Positions 54,028 through 62,115 of a DNA stretch of 64,000 nucleotides are shown here, piece by piece (position 1 is the stretch's first letter; every line of letters starts with the position of its first letter). The translations under genes and the position numbers were made by a program. Source of the stretch: Felis catus (Eukaryota); the NCBI RefSeq assembly GCF_018350175.1, contig NC_058368.1, positions 171,432,001 to 171,496,000 on the forward strand, read 5' to 3'. The notes below the pieces were generated by a model that made no database searches, was not told where the DNA came from, and saw only the letters and a list, made by a program, of their open reading frames with translations.

Positions 54028-56672
54028 ATATTTTTCAAAAAGAACACGAAGTGGCGGCCTAAAAAAATTCATGTCTCCAGCAAGTACTTTTGGGTCTCCC
54101 CTCCACCTTTTTTTCTAGTATTACTGCTTTAAGTCAACAAAAGCCAGGTCACCCACTGTTAAGGAACTTTAAGGAGAGTCTACCTGAAGGAAGCTAGGGC
54201 AAGTGTTAAGGCAAGAAAAGAAGAAAGCTGAAAAGGAAGGAAAGCTGGGGTATTGGGGCTCATGGGGCTTACTGCCTCTTTTCAGCTCTGCACGTGGGTC
54301 TAAATCTATGCAGGTTGGTCAGCTCTGGACAGGCTCACGGTACCCAAATTGACCTTTCCCAGTCCCCCGTTTCCGCCATATCTTGGCTTCCTCCTTCCAA
54401 ATCAGAATGACTTTTAAATGCTGTTTCCTGACCTAGTATCGTCTTTCTGCCTAAGAATGTAAATATAACTGAGTTGTTACTCAATCCAAACAAATTTTTT
54501 TAGACACACATGGGCAGACACAGAGAAAAGCATAGGGCCACCAGTGGCAGAGGGGAGGTGTATTACCTCTTATTTCCTGGGAGTCTCAGCCTCAGAAAAA
54601 GAGAGCTGCTTAACTCCCAATCTACATTGAACCCTGGCTTTTTGAGGAATCCTCTACATAACTGTCCTTGAACAGTCACAGCAGGGTTCTTTGTAAGAGC
54701 CAACAAAGAAGAAAGAGCAACAAATGACAAGGTCATTTCAAAAAGGAAAATAAACTTGTATCCTAGCATACTATACCCATAGGGAATTCATATAAGCCTG
54801 GGGCACCTGAGTGGCTCAGTTGGTTAAGTTTCTGACTCTTGATTTCAGCTCAGGTCATGATTTCATAGTTCTTGAGTTCAAGCCCTACATCCAGCTCTGT
54901 GCTAACAGTGTGGAGCCTGCTTGGGATTCTCTCTCTCCCTTTCTACTCCTCCCCGGATTGTGCTCTCTCTCTCTCTGCCCCTCCTCTACACATGCACACA
55001 CTCGCTCTCCCTCTCAAAATAAATAAACTTTAAAAAAAACCTAAAAAATTATAGATTTGACAAAGGCACTTAACTCATTGCATTAGCATATAGTATGTAG
55101 GTTTTGTTTTTGACCAATATATTATTTTGATCAAAATTAAGTAATCTTTTGAAAATCAAATGCCTGAAGTAAAATCTTACTTTTGAAATGAGGAGAAGTA
55201 ATAAATATGGTAGACACGTAATACACCAGTAGAAAGCGTGTGTGTTTAATAAATCAGAAAGCAAAAGCGAAAAGAGAAAAGGGAGATTGAGAAATTCAGT
55301 TGGGAGATGAAAGGGGAAATGGGAGAGCAGGCGAAAGTTAAAGAATAATGAAATCCTGGGTGGCTAATTAATTGCATTCACTCCCTAAGCCATTTCTCAT
55401 CTGGAGCTTGAGTGGGAAAATCTGGCCGCCCTTCAGGTATCAGTCCTATCGGCAAGAATGCAGTTGTAAAGGGGATTGAACTCCTTCTGTACATTCTAAA
55501 AAGGCTTGGGATCTGAATTTCATGCCAGATTACTGTTCTTATGTTGGACTTACCATAAGCGTACCCTGTACATACAGATTAAGCTGACGCTCTAGCCACA
55601 GCTGTGAGGCTAAGGGAAACACAGTCAACTCTAGCGTATGCAAAGGCAAAGAACCTGTCATTCCAAAAACAATCTATGAAGGGAGTGTCCTGGAACTAAA
55701 CAAAAGAAACTGTAGGCAAAACCCTGAGGAAAACACTGCAACTCTGAGAATCCTCGTATCTTACAGTTATTTTGCTAGGATATTATTATAAACTGTATTC
55801 CTCAATCTAGGTGAATGAAGACACCATTATTTACTAACAAAAGATGGAGTCGATGATCAAAGAAGTCTGTCAAGGTCACATATTTCTGACTGCTTGGATT
55901 TCTCCATGATGTAGGGAGCTATCTCTATAGACAAAGTGAGCTGATGAAAGCTGCTCATTGTATTTCTCAAATGCTGGTCCGTGAACATAATCGGAGATAG
56001 GAAAAACTGACGCGGAAACAGCGTCTTAACAGAGAACAAGGCTGATCTTTCATGGAAACAATCCATGTAATATATTGAGAGAAAGTCTTTCTGCTGGGGA
56101 TTGCTGCTGGGAAAATTGATGCAGAGGACCATGACAACTCTTCATACATATGCAATCACTGACTTCTGAAGCCCTGCGCCTCTAAATGCTATAAACCCTC
56201 TTTCCAGGGCCACAGTTCAGTGCACCACGGTAATGAACACAGCACATTAAACATGAATATCATCTACTTTATTTCACAGGTCCCTCTGAGTAAGTCCATT
56301 ATATCATGCCATTTTAAAAAGCACGTGGAATTTTCCCTGGGCTGCCGAGAACGCAGATCACAGACTGAGAGTTCACCATGCCAGCAGGAGCATTTCCTTC
56401 AAATGAGAGAGGCAGGTCCTGATGTTTCTATTCCACTGGCATCTTTCAGGTATTCTTTCTCGCAGACTACTTCGATCAAACGTATTAACTATCAAAGGAA
56501 AGAGATTCTTAACCTTGCCAACAGGAAAAAGCATTTTTGTGACAGCACACAGTAGTATGTTCTTTCGGTTAACTGACTGACCTTTTTATTGGTGAAGGTG
56601 CAGTGATTTGAGTTGTTCCTTCATTTTCTCCATGTTCCATGTTTCCTGTTACTCGATTGACGCTGTTTGATC
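8900..56672 (-). CDS. EPB41L4A: Band 4.1-like protein 4A (NBL4), 3' part of CDS: 11 exons (probably exons 13-23); 5' FERM exons outside the window
   Basis: Manual splicing of exons 56672-56582, 53430-53347, 52593-52483, 44621-44574, 43572-43495, 30990-30871, 15270-15223, 14683-14615, 13363-13253, 12222-12141 and 9034-8900 (977 nt, all ag/gt flanked, phases consistent) gives one open frame: ...[18 protein letters not shown]...[16 protein letters not shown]...[126 protein letters not shown]...[11 protein letters not shown] recognise this as the EPB41L4A C-terminal region; adjacency to SNORA13 matches known synteny. Confidence 0.96.
9930..9969 (-). mobile_element. Extremely 5'-truncated felid L1 3' end with 15-bp TSD
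   Basis: poly(T) plus atatgaaatttattgtcaaattg (same as the L1 end near 23722), flanked by acctgttgattttct at 9915-9929 and 9970-9984. Confidence 0.85.
10056..10240. mobile_element. MER58A-like hAT MITE
   Basis: caggagtctgaacatttt...aagggcc ... ggccatacagaaacagg..ggctggatttagcccataggctgtagttt. Confidence 0.6.
10777..11170 (+). mobile_element. LTR16-like (ERVL) solo LTR
   Basis: ttcaggactgaggcattcactcccccagctgctgggagtgttggctg ... aataaa ... ctccatctcagaatc. Confidence 0.65.
12141..12222 (-). CDS. EPB41L4A: EPB41L4A coding exon (82 nt; [27 protein letters not shown])
   Basis: cctctgcag|TTCAAAA...GTTCATCAG|gttggt. Confidence 0.93.
13037..13200. mobile_element. MER3-like hAT-Charlie MITE
   Basis: gtgctgtccaatatggtagccactagccat...agaacatttccatcattgcagaaagt. 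Confidence 0.7.
13253..13363 (-). CDS. EPB41L4A: EPB41L4A coding exon (111 nt; [37 protein letters not shown])
   Basis: cttattcag|GACTCAA...GAGGTGAA|gtaagt. Confidence 0.95.
14273..14479 (-). mobile_element. Can-SINE
   Basis: poly(T), (AG)n, tgagccactcaggcacccc end; approximate TSD ctacagtttt. Confidence 0.88.
14615..14683 (-). CDS. EPB41L4A: EPB41L4A coding exon (69 nt; [23 protein letters not shown])
   Basis: cccttctag|AAAGGAA...AAAATAGA|gtgagt. Confidence 0.95.
15223..15270 (-). CDS. EPB41L4A: EPB41L4A coding exon (48 nt; [16 protein letters not shown])
   Basis: tatttatag|GAGGAGC...CATATTCA|gtaagt. Confidence 0.95.
16530..16723 (-). mobile_element. Can-SINE
   Basis: antisense SINE body ending gagccacccagatgcccc. 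Confidence 0.8.
17056..17260. mobile_element. MER20 hAT-Charlie MITE
   Basis: tttctcaatctcaacactattgacattctgggtcaaataattctttg...ggctgtcctatgcgttgtaggatg...tgtctccaggcattgccaaatgtcc. Confidence 0.8.
17691..17788 (-). mobile_element. 5'-truncated Can-SINE with TSD
   Basis: Only the 3' half of the SINE is present; TSD gtcaagagaattt at 17679 and 17789. Confidence 0.8.
19182..19195 (+). promoter_or_regulatory. CTCF-like motif CCACCAGAGGGAGC
   Basis: Close to the CTCF core consensus; motif only. Confidence 0.5.
19766..19990 (+). mobile_element. Can-SINE
   Basis: Typical head and tail; TSD aaaaaagcagtag. Confidence 0.85.
21932..22500 (+). mobile_element. Cluster of three Can-SINEs (21932-22150; 22215-22500 nested pair)
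   Basis: Three tRNA-like heads and A tails; first flanked by aagaaag(a/g)cagcata. Confidence 0.85.
23425..23646 (-). mobile_element. Can-SINE
   Basis: antisense SINE; TSD actgtattcatt. Confidence 0.85.
23648..24325 (-). mobile_element. MLT1-type solo LTR inserted in the L1
   Basis: tgtattcattttctattgctgctgta...ggcttaaaacaacac...tcttacagttctgtagatcagaaatc...ttttctgcctactaca. Confidence 0.75.
23713..23871 (-). mobile_element. 5'-truncated felid L1 3' end inside the MLT1
   Basis: poly(T)+aatatgaaatttattgtcaaattggtttccatacaacacccagtgctcatcccaaaagg...; flanked by a taaaacaacacaa repeat. Confidence 0.85.
24912..26540 (+). mobile_element. Four Can-SINEs in L1 ORF2 (about 24912-25122, 25387-25615, 25915-26135, 26345-26540)
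   Basis: SINE heads, (CT)n and A tails; TSDs agacatactttgg and ctgacagaact. Confidence 0.85.
26739..26955 (-). mobile_element. Young SINEC_Fc
   Basis: CpG-rich, near-identical to the copies at 700, 38052 and 40171; TSD cacaacagatgtta. Confidence 0.92.
30871..30990 (-). CDS. EPB41L4A: EPB41L4A coding exon (120 nt; [40 protein letters not shown])
   Basis: ttcttttcag|AATACGT...TCTCGCTC|gtacgt. Confidence 0.95.
31940..32170 (-). mobile_element. Can-SINE
   Basis: antisense SINE; TSD caagtctttct. Confidence 0.85.
32951..33135 (+). mobile_element. Can-SINE
   Basis: typical head and tail. Confidence 0.8.
33238..33282. repeat. (CA)n microsatellite
   Basis: about 22 CA units. Confidence 0.95.
33971..33984 (-). 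promoter_or_regulatory. CTCF-like motif CCAGTAGAGGGCAT
   Basis: Close to the CTCF core consensus; motif only. Confidence 0.45.
34618..34825 (+). mobile_element. Can-SINE
   Basis: SINE with internal deletions; TSD aagtga(c/a)cctca. Confidence 0.85.
36570..36785 (-). mobile_element. Can-SINE
   Basis: antisense SINE body. Confidence 0.85.
38052..38270 (+). mobile_element. Young SINEC_Fc inserted in a MIR-like remnant
   Basis: CpG-rich copy; TSD aaagatgagaaaact on both sides. Confidence 0.92.
38575..39700 (-). mobile_element. Three antisense Can-SINEs (38575-38794, 39200-39433, 39436-39700)
   Basis: poly(T)/(AG)n starts, gagccacccagg ends. Confidence 0.85.
39969..40435 (+). mobile_element. 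Can-SINE with a young SINEC_Fc (about 40171-40400) nested in its tail
   Basis: Inner TSD aaataaatagacattt; outer TSD aataatccagcaaga. Confidence 0.9.
41615..41796 (-). mobile_element. Can-SINE
   Basis: antisense SINE; TSD aaaagaca. Confidence 0.85.
42375..42590. mobile_element. MER20 hAT-Charlie MITE
   Basis: gctgtcctgtgcattgcaggatatttagtagc...tgtgacaatcaaaagtgtctc...caaaattgcccccggtcgggaaccactg. Confidence 0.75.
42941..43160 (+). mobile_element. Young Can-SINE
   Basis: CpG-rich; TSD aaagatacttcagggag. Confidence 0.92.
43495..43572 (-). CDS. EPB41L4A: EPB41L4A coding exon (78 nt; [26 protein letters not shown])
   Basis: tgtcctcag|GTCACGC...GAAACAG|gtaata. Confidence 0.95.
43867..44327 (+). 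mobile_element. MLT1-type solo LTR
   Basis: tgtggtagac...gaggtagagtctgtttccccttcctttgaat...gttgttgctttaagccactaagttttggggtggt...gcaatagataacc. Confidence 0.8.
44574..44621 (-). CDS. EPB41L4A: EPB41L4A coding exon (48 nt; [16 protein letters not shown])
   Basis: tttctatag|GAAAGCC...AGGAGGAG|gtaaaa. Confidence 0.94.
44900..49110 (+). mobile_element. L2 remnants interrupted by a MIR (about 45160-45385) and an antisense old L1/HAL1-like fragment (about 46270-47900)
   Basis: Pyrimidine-rich L2-like sequence ending acacagtgcctacataaagtaggcactcaataaatatt (L2 3' end); T-rich middle block. Boundaries approximate. Confidence 0.5.
50440..51380 (+). mobile_element. LTR33-like LTR containing a tandem Can-SINE pair (50492-50930)
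   Basis: gactagaagcctgaaaactattttcccagactcctttgccagctggg motif; SINE pair flanked by TSD aagactagaagcctga (50476-50491, 50931-50946). Confidence 0.65.
52483..52593 (-). CDS. EPB41L4A: EPB41L4A coding exon (111 nt; [37 protein letters not shown])
   Basis: cccattccag|CGGACTC...AGGAGGAG|gtgagc; locally CpG-rich; open frame. Confidence 0.95.
52755..53020 (+). mobile_element. Can-SINE with expanded (TAAAA)n tail
   Basis: SINE head; pentanucleotide array about 52936-53007. Confidence 0.88.
53347..53430 (-). CDS. EPB41L4A: EPB41L4A coding exon (84 nt; [28 protein letters not shown])
   Basis: T-rich tract, ttaaag|CTTTAAG...CCCAGAG|gtaaag; open frame. Confidence 0.94.
53545..54030. mobile_element. 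Head-to-head Can-SINE pair (53545-53770 minus; 53811-54030 plus, with (TAAA)n tail)
   Basis: Opposite-orientation SINEs about 40 bp apart. Confidence 0.85.
54800..55040 (+). mobile_element. Can-SINE
   Basis: typical head and tail. Confidence 0.85.
56582..56672 (-). CDS. EPB41L4A: EPB41L4A coding exon (91 nt; [30 protein letters not shown])
   Basis: ctcctag|GATCAAAC...ATAAAAAG|gtcagt on the minus strand; open frame. Confidence 0.93.
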
Positions 56673-57290
56673 CTAGGAGCAAAGAGGGGGAAGGAAAGAT
56701 GGAAGAAAAGAGACAGTGGTGAGAAAAACAAAAGGAGACAAGAAGTTATTTTAAACTCCAACTTCAGGGACATCGTGGCACATTTTATTGATAAATTATA
56801 ATTCTAAATAAATAATGAATCACCCAGTAAAGCTTAGGTACCATTTTCTGACATGTACTGAGCCTTTAATACATAATCGTGTCCAAGAGGGTCTAGGATA
56901 TGACACCACTTTAAAATGGGCCCTTTTAAAACTTTAAGAGTTAACTAAGTCCCCACTTCATGGATATTTAGACTACTAAAATAGGATTCTAAGATATTTA
57001 GCACTATACACTGGTACGTAAGACCTAATAACCAATCCCTGATAACCACATTGTGAAGAAATTACTGTTTTTTGGCATGCCATGATAGTCCCCATTCTAA
57101 ATCAGACCAAAAAATATTTCAACTTATAATGTAAATGGCAAAAAAAAGAGTAATATAGATGTGATTTCTATCACTCACATGGGGAAAAAAAAAGTTTTCA
57201 AATGTGTTTTTTTATGCAAACATCCCTAAAAGCCTAAAACTGACTGTTTAAAAGCTACTATTCCACATATTTGCATACAGGCTAGATGCA

Positions 57291-57304
57291 CCAGCAGAGG
57301 GAGC
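57291..57304 (+). promoter_or_regulatory. CTCF-like motif CCAGCAGAGGGAGC
   Basis: Close to the CTCF core consensus; motif only. Confidence 0.5.
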
Positions 57305-57669
57305 CCCCGGCAGACACAATGTTGGAAATCATGATTCAAATAAAGGTAAGTGAAGTGTCTAGGCCCATCGAGGAAGTCTGGATCCCATTCTCAGAAGGGA
57401 GGCTGTTAAGTCTGCAGGGGAAGTGACACATGGGCACTGATGATGACGACTCCTCTCAAGTGGCATGCACCTCACTCTGGGAAGTGCAGGAAAAACCAGC
57501 AAGGGGACCCCCAAAGTCCTTGTTCAATTAACTCTAGGTGACATGCAGGTTGTTTTCTTCAAAGTGGCATCTTGCAGAAGTATGTCCAGAGTTCAAGTCC
57601 TCTGATCCTAATAGTAATCACCACTAACCACTGATAGTTTTTGAGCCATGAAGTGAGGTTGTAATACTA

Positions 57670-57900
57670 TTAAGAGCTAATATTTATTGAGCACTTACTA
57701 TGTATCAGTTGCTATCCCAAGCACTTCATGTCTATTTACTCATATAATCTTCAAAATAATTCTAAAAGGTTAATATTATCCCCATTTTTAAAGATAAGAA
57801 AAATGGGCCTTTCCCAAGGTCCTACAGCTCATGAGTGGTGGGACCAGCTTTGCAAACCAGCAGTCTGGTGCCAGACATTAGCTCTAAACCACCTTACATA
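57670..57900 (-). mobile_element. MIR remnant
   Basis: tatttattgagcacttactatgt...attatccccatttttaaagataagaa...cccaaggtcctacagc. Confidence 0.65.
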
Positions 57901-58892
57901 GGTTTCCATGTGCCACCTGCACCCCACCCTCAAACAGTTCAAAATTAAGGGTCTGCTGGGAAAGACACACTCTTTAGAGCACTTGGAGGCACGTTTGACT
58001 ACTCATCAGGAAAAATAAACAGTAATGAATACACCTTGGACAGAGAAAACAGTGGTTTCAATTAAGAGCTCCAAAAACAATCACTATAAGGAATTTGACA
58101 TGGATTCAATATCTGAATTTTGTTCCTATTTTGGAATTCTGAAATGGAAAGGTAAGACTGAAGATATATTAAAAACATTAAAGGTAAGTTCATGTCGGAG
58201 CAACATTCAGAATCCAGGCATTAGAAAGTTAGTCTGGAGCCTACAGAAAATTTCACCAGATATGACGAGTGGGACAAAAACCAGTTCCCCTGAATCACCC
58301 CATGTGCTATCAGACATCGGCACTAGCTGGTCATTGTCTATTTTGCCATGACCATTAATAAAAATTCCAAGGGCAGACTCCCTAAGTTGCAGGCACAGAT
58401 CTGAGATGGAGCTGCTTCTCAAATGTGAACTCCATGTGGTGTGGCCCTGAGACAGTGGCAGGAAGGATTGATTCATTTGTGCTCTAGACAGTGGGTGTGC
58501 ACCAACATTAATATTTTTATTGTTCCTAATAAACTTTTAAAAAATGTGGTATTGTTTCAGCAGCTATTACGAATTTATAACATAAATGAAGGGGCCTTCA
58601 TGTACCTAGGGCTGTATCCCAGGCTGTGGCGGGGGGGGGGGGGGGAGACAGAACACAGCAGAGAGCCCAATACCCAGTGTTAATAACACGAATGGAAGCA
58701 GCACCAAGTAAAGGTGAACATCATGTGAACCTAAGTCCTGTGTGACTAGCCTAAGAATAAACCCAGGTTTGCTCCACTTCTCATCTCTTTAGACTGATTA
58801 GTCTTTTCTTAGTCTAATAACCAATCACCTCAGAGCAAGTGAAGGTGCTTATCACATTTGCCTGTTTCCATCCATCTGAATCTTTTTCCCCC

Positions 58893-59425
58893 AATGTTTA
58901 TTTGAGAAAGAGAGAGAGAGAGAGAGAATGAGCGGGTGAGGGGCATAGAGAGGGGGGTACAGAGGGTCCAAAGCAGGCTCTGTGCTGACAGCAGCAAGCC
59001 CGATGTGGGGCTCAAACTCACAAAACGCGAGATCATGACCTGAGCTGAAGTCAGATGCTTAACTGACTGAGCCATGCAGGTGCCCCTACCTGAATCTTCT
59101 GAAAAATTAATAAACAGGTAGATAAATAAATCCAGGAATATTTTCAAATAGCTAAATTTTAAATGATGTATGTGTACATACTTTCTAAACAAACCAATAT
59201 CTGGTTATCTACACTATCCAAATAATTTTTGAGATGAACACAAGATGGATGTTTTTCCAAAAGAATTTCAGGCAGGGCACCTGAGTGGCTCAGTCAGTTA
59301 AGCATCTGACTTCAGCTCAGGTCATGATCTCACATTTTGTGAGTTCGAGCCCCACATCGGGCTTGCTGCTGTCAGCACAGAGCCTGCTTTGGACCCTCTG
59401 TTCCCCCCTCTCTATGCCCCTCACC

Positions 59426-59500
<75 letters not shown>

Positions 59501-59643
59501 AGTCTGATTTTGGCTCAGGTCATGATCTCGCAGTCTGTGAGTTCGAGCCCCGCGTCGGGCTCTGTGCTGACAGCTCAGAGGCTGGAGCCTGCTTCGCATT
59601 CTGTGTCTCCCTCTCTCTCTGCCCCTCCCCCGCTCATGCTCTG

Positions 59644-59687
<44 letters not shown>

Positions 59688-59713
59688 AAAAATAAAACAT
59701 TAAAAAAAATTTA
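58893..59713. mobile_element. Inverted Can-SINE pair: 58893-59086 (minus) and compound SINE 59273-59713 (plus)
   Basis: Compound element flanked by TSD aaaagaatttcagg (59259-59272, 59714-59727). Confidence 0.9.
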
Positions 59714-60564
59714 AAAAGAATTTCAGGGAAAAAATCACATACGTGCTGTCTCTCAGACATTCAGAAACAGTTTAGCAAGACTTCTTCAAAATAAATTCTG
59801 TGACTGTCAGGACTATTTTGCTAACAGTCACAGGACTCTCATATACACAGCATAAATAAATAAGGTATTGGCAATAATACAATATAATTCATGGTTCTTT
59901 TACATTCAAAACAGTGACTACTAACTAAAAACGTGTAGATATGTATTCCCTTTCTCTTTAATAATAGGGTCTTAAAAGTCTCATGAGGAAAACAGACTAC
60001 AGGCTACTTACAGACTACACACAAATGCTACTTACAAGCACTAACTTACTGGGAGCACTTCTGAAGTATCCCCTCATATAACATTCATATGCTAACTATA
60101 AATTACTCTTTTCTATTTGTGGATGTAGCATTCTTTAAAAAGCCCTAATTAGGCAATAATTATTAGCTTTCTTTATGTTGCTTAAGATGCACTTAAAAGT
60201 AATAACTATACTTTTAGAACCCTGTATTTTAACTAATTAGGTCAAATTAGTGATATGTTGTCACACTACGATTTGAGGAGAAAGCTAGGCAATTCAGTAA
60301 AGCTAGGTTGTGTTGGGTTACTGAAATCTGCAAAGGTGAGAAAGGTTACACGTTATTGACATTTACTGCCTTTCCATGTTGCTGACATGCACTACTATTT
60401 TCCTTTCCCAAGCTTCTTCCCCCCTTATCAAACCACCTTTCAGAATCATCCCATCTACATTAGCTCAGATGCTTGCACTACAGAGAAGAGGTGAGCTGAC
60501 AGACCCATCACACTAAAAGGCTAGTGTTTTCATGTATTATTGGCCACGCAATAGTTCTATCTCA

Positions 60565-60803
60565 TTAAATTTTTTTAATGTTTGTTTGTTTCTTTATTTA
60601 TTTAGAGAGAGTGCATGCACATATGCCAGAAGGGGAGGGGCAGAGAGAAAGGGAGAGAGAGGTAATTCCAAGCAGGCTCCCTGCTCTCAGCGCAGAGCCT
60701 GACTCGGGGTAATGCAGGGCACACAAACTCATGAACCTAAAATCATGACCTAAGCTGAAATCACAAGTCAGATGCTTAACCAACTGAGCCACCCAGGCAC
60801 CCC
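60565..60803 (-). mobile_element. Can-SINE
   Basis: antisense SINE body. Confidence 0.8.
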
Positions 60804-60955
60804 AACAGTTCCATTTTAAAGAGGAAAAAGGAAAGCCAAATATTAACTAAAATACTTAATTGATCACAATGGAATTTTAGGCAGTGTCCCAGGAGATATT
60901 TTCAGGTTGGAACAAATCTTTTTCTCCCACTCCTTTTTCACTGTGTTATAATGGA

Positions 60956-60956
<1 letters not shown>

Positions 60957-60994
<38 letters not shown>
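60957..60994. repeat. (CA)n microsatellite
   Basis: about 19 CA units. Confidence 0.95.
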
Positions 60995-60996
<2 letters not shown>

Positions 60997-61627
60997 ACAT
61001 GTGAAATATGAACAGTTTAACAAAGTATTATAAAATGAATGACTGTTTAACCACTATCCACTTTAAGAAATAAAACATTGAGGGCAATTTTCCTACACTG
61101 CATAAATCACTCCATTTGGAGCAATTCTTTCTTTTAGATAAAGCCAAACAGTTGTTTACCATCCAAAATATCTAGAAACATGAATTATGTGTATATTTCA
61201 TAAAATATATTTTTAAATTATTTTTAAATTATTAATAAAAGTTAATAAGGCATCAAAATCTTAATAAAATGAAGGATGCATCACTGTACCGCTTCATGAC
61301 TGTTAACACAGTGCTTTACACACGGTGGGGTATCAATCAAGGTCTACTATAAAGGATGTATTCGCTTCTATTTTTTCCACCAGAAGGGAAAATTCAGGAT
61401 AATGATGCTATTTTGTAGAAGTGTCAAAACTAAGTTCAAAAAAAACCTGTATGTGAAGTGCAACACAAGGGACGTGTAGCCATATCCCACAGGACTAGGC
61501 TACTTTTTAGAGTTCTGAAAGCTACCTTCTGCCATAACTCACTATTCTTTTAAATGATGACTACAGACGATCTATAAGAGGTCACTTATTGGCATATGGT
61601 TATTAAGGTGCCTCGTAAATCTGTATT

Positions 61628-62115
61628 TTATTTTTTTAATGTTTATTTTATTTTTGAGAGAGAGACAGAGACAGGATGCGAGTGGGTTAGGGGCAGAGAG
61701 AGAGGGAGACACAGAATCTGAAGTAGGCTCCAGGCTCCGAGCTGTCAGCACAGACCCTGACGTGGGGCTCGAACTCACGAGCTGTGAGATCATGACCTGA
61801 GCCGAAGTAGGACGCTCAACTGAGCCACCCAGGCGCCCCTATATTTTATTCTTAATGTTAATGCTAGCAAGACCATTTACACAGTTAGGGGCATCCAATT
61901 CATTATATATATTGTTCACACTAAAAAAACAATGGGCTTTGGGGTGCCTGCGTGGCTCACTTGGCTGGGTGTCTGACTCCTGATTTCAGCTCAAGTCATG
62001 ATCCCAGGGTTGTGGGATTGAGCCCCACCCTCAGTGTGGAGCCTGCTTAAGATTTTCTCTCTGCTCCTCTCCCCAACTTGTGTTCTCTCTAAAATTAAAA
62101 AAAATTTTTTTAAAA
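61628..62115. mobile_element. Head-to-head Can-SINEs (61628-61839 minus; 61941-62115 plus)
   Basis: SINE heads and tails in opposite orientations. Confidence 0.85.

Noticed and set aside
903..61793. Many ORFs of the [16 protein letters not shown] / FIFERERE type
   Set aside because: Translations of Can-SINE bodies and (CT)n/(AG)n tracts, not genes.
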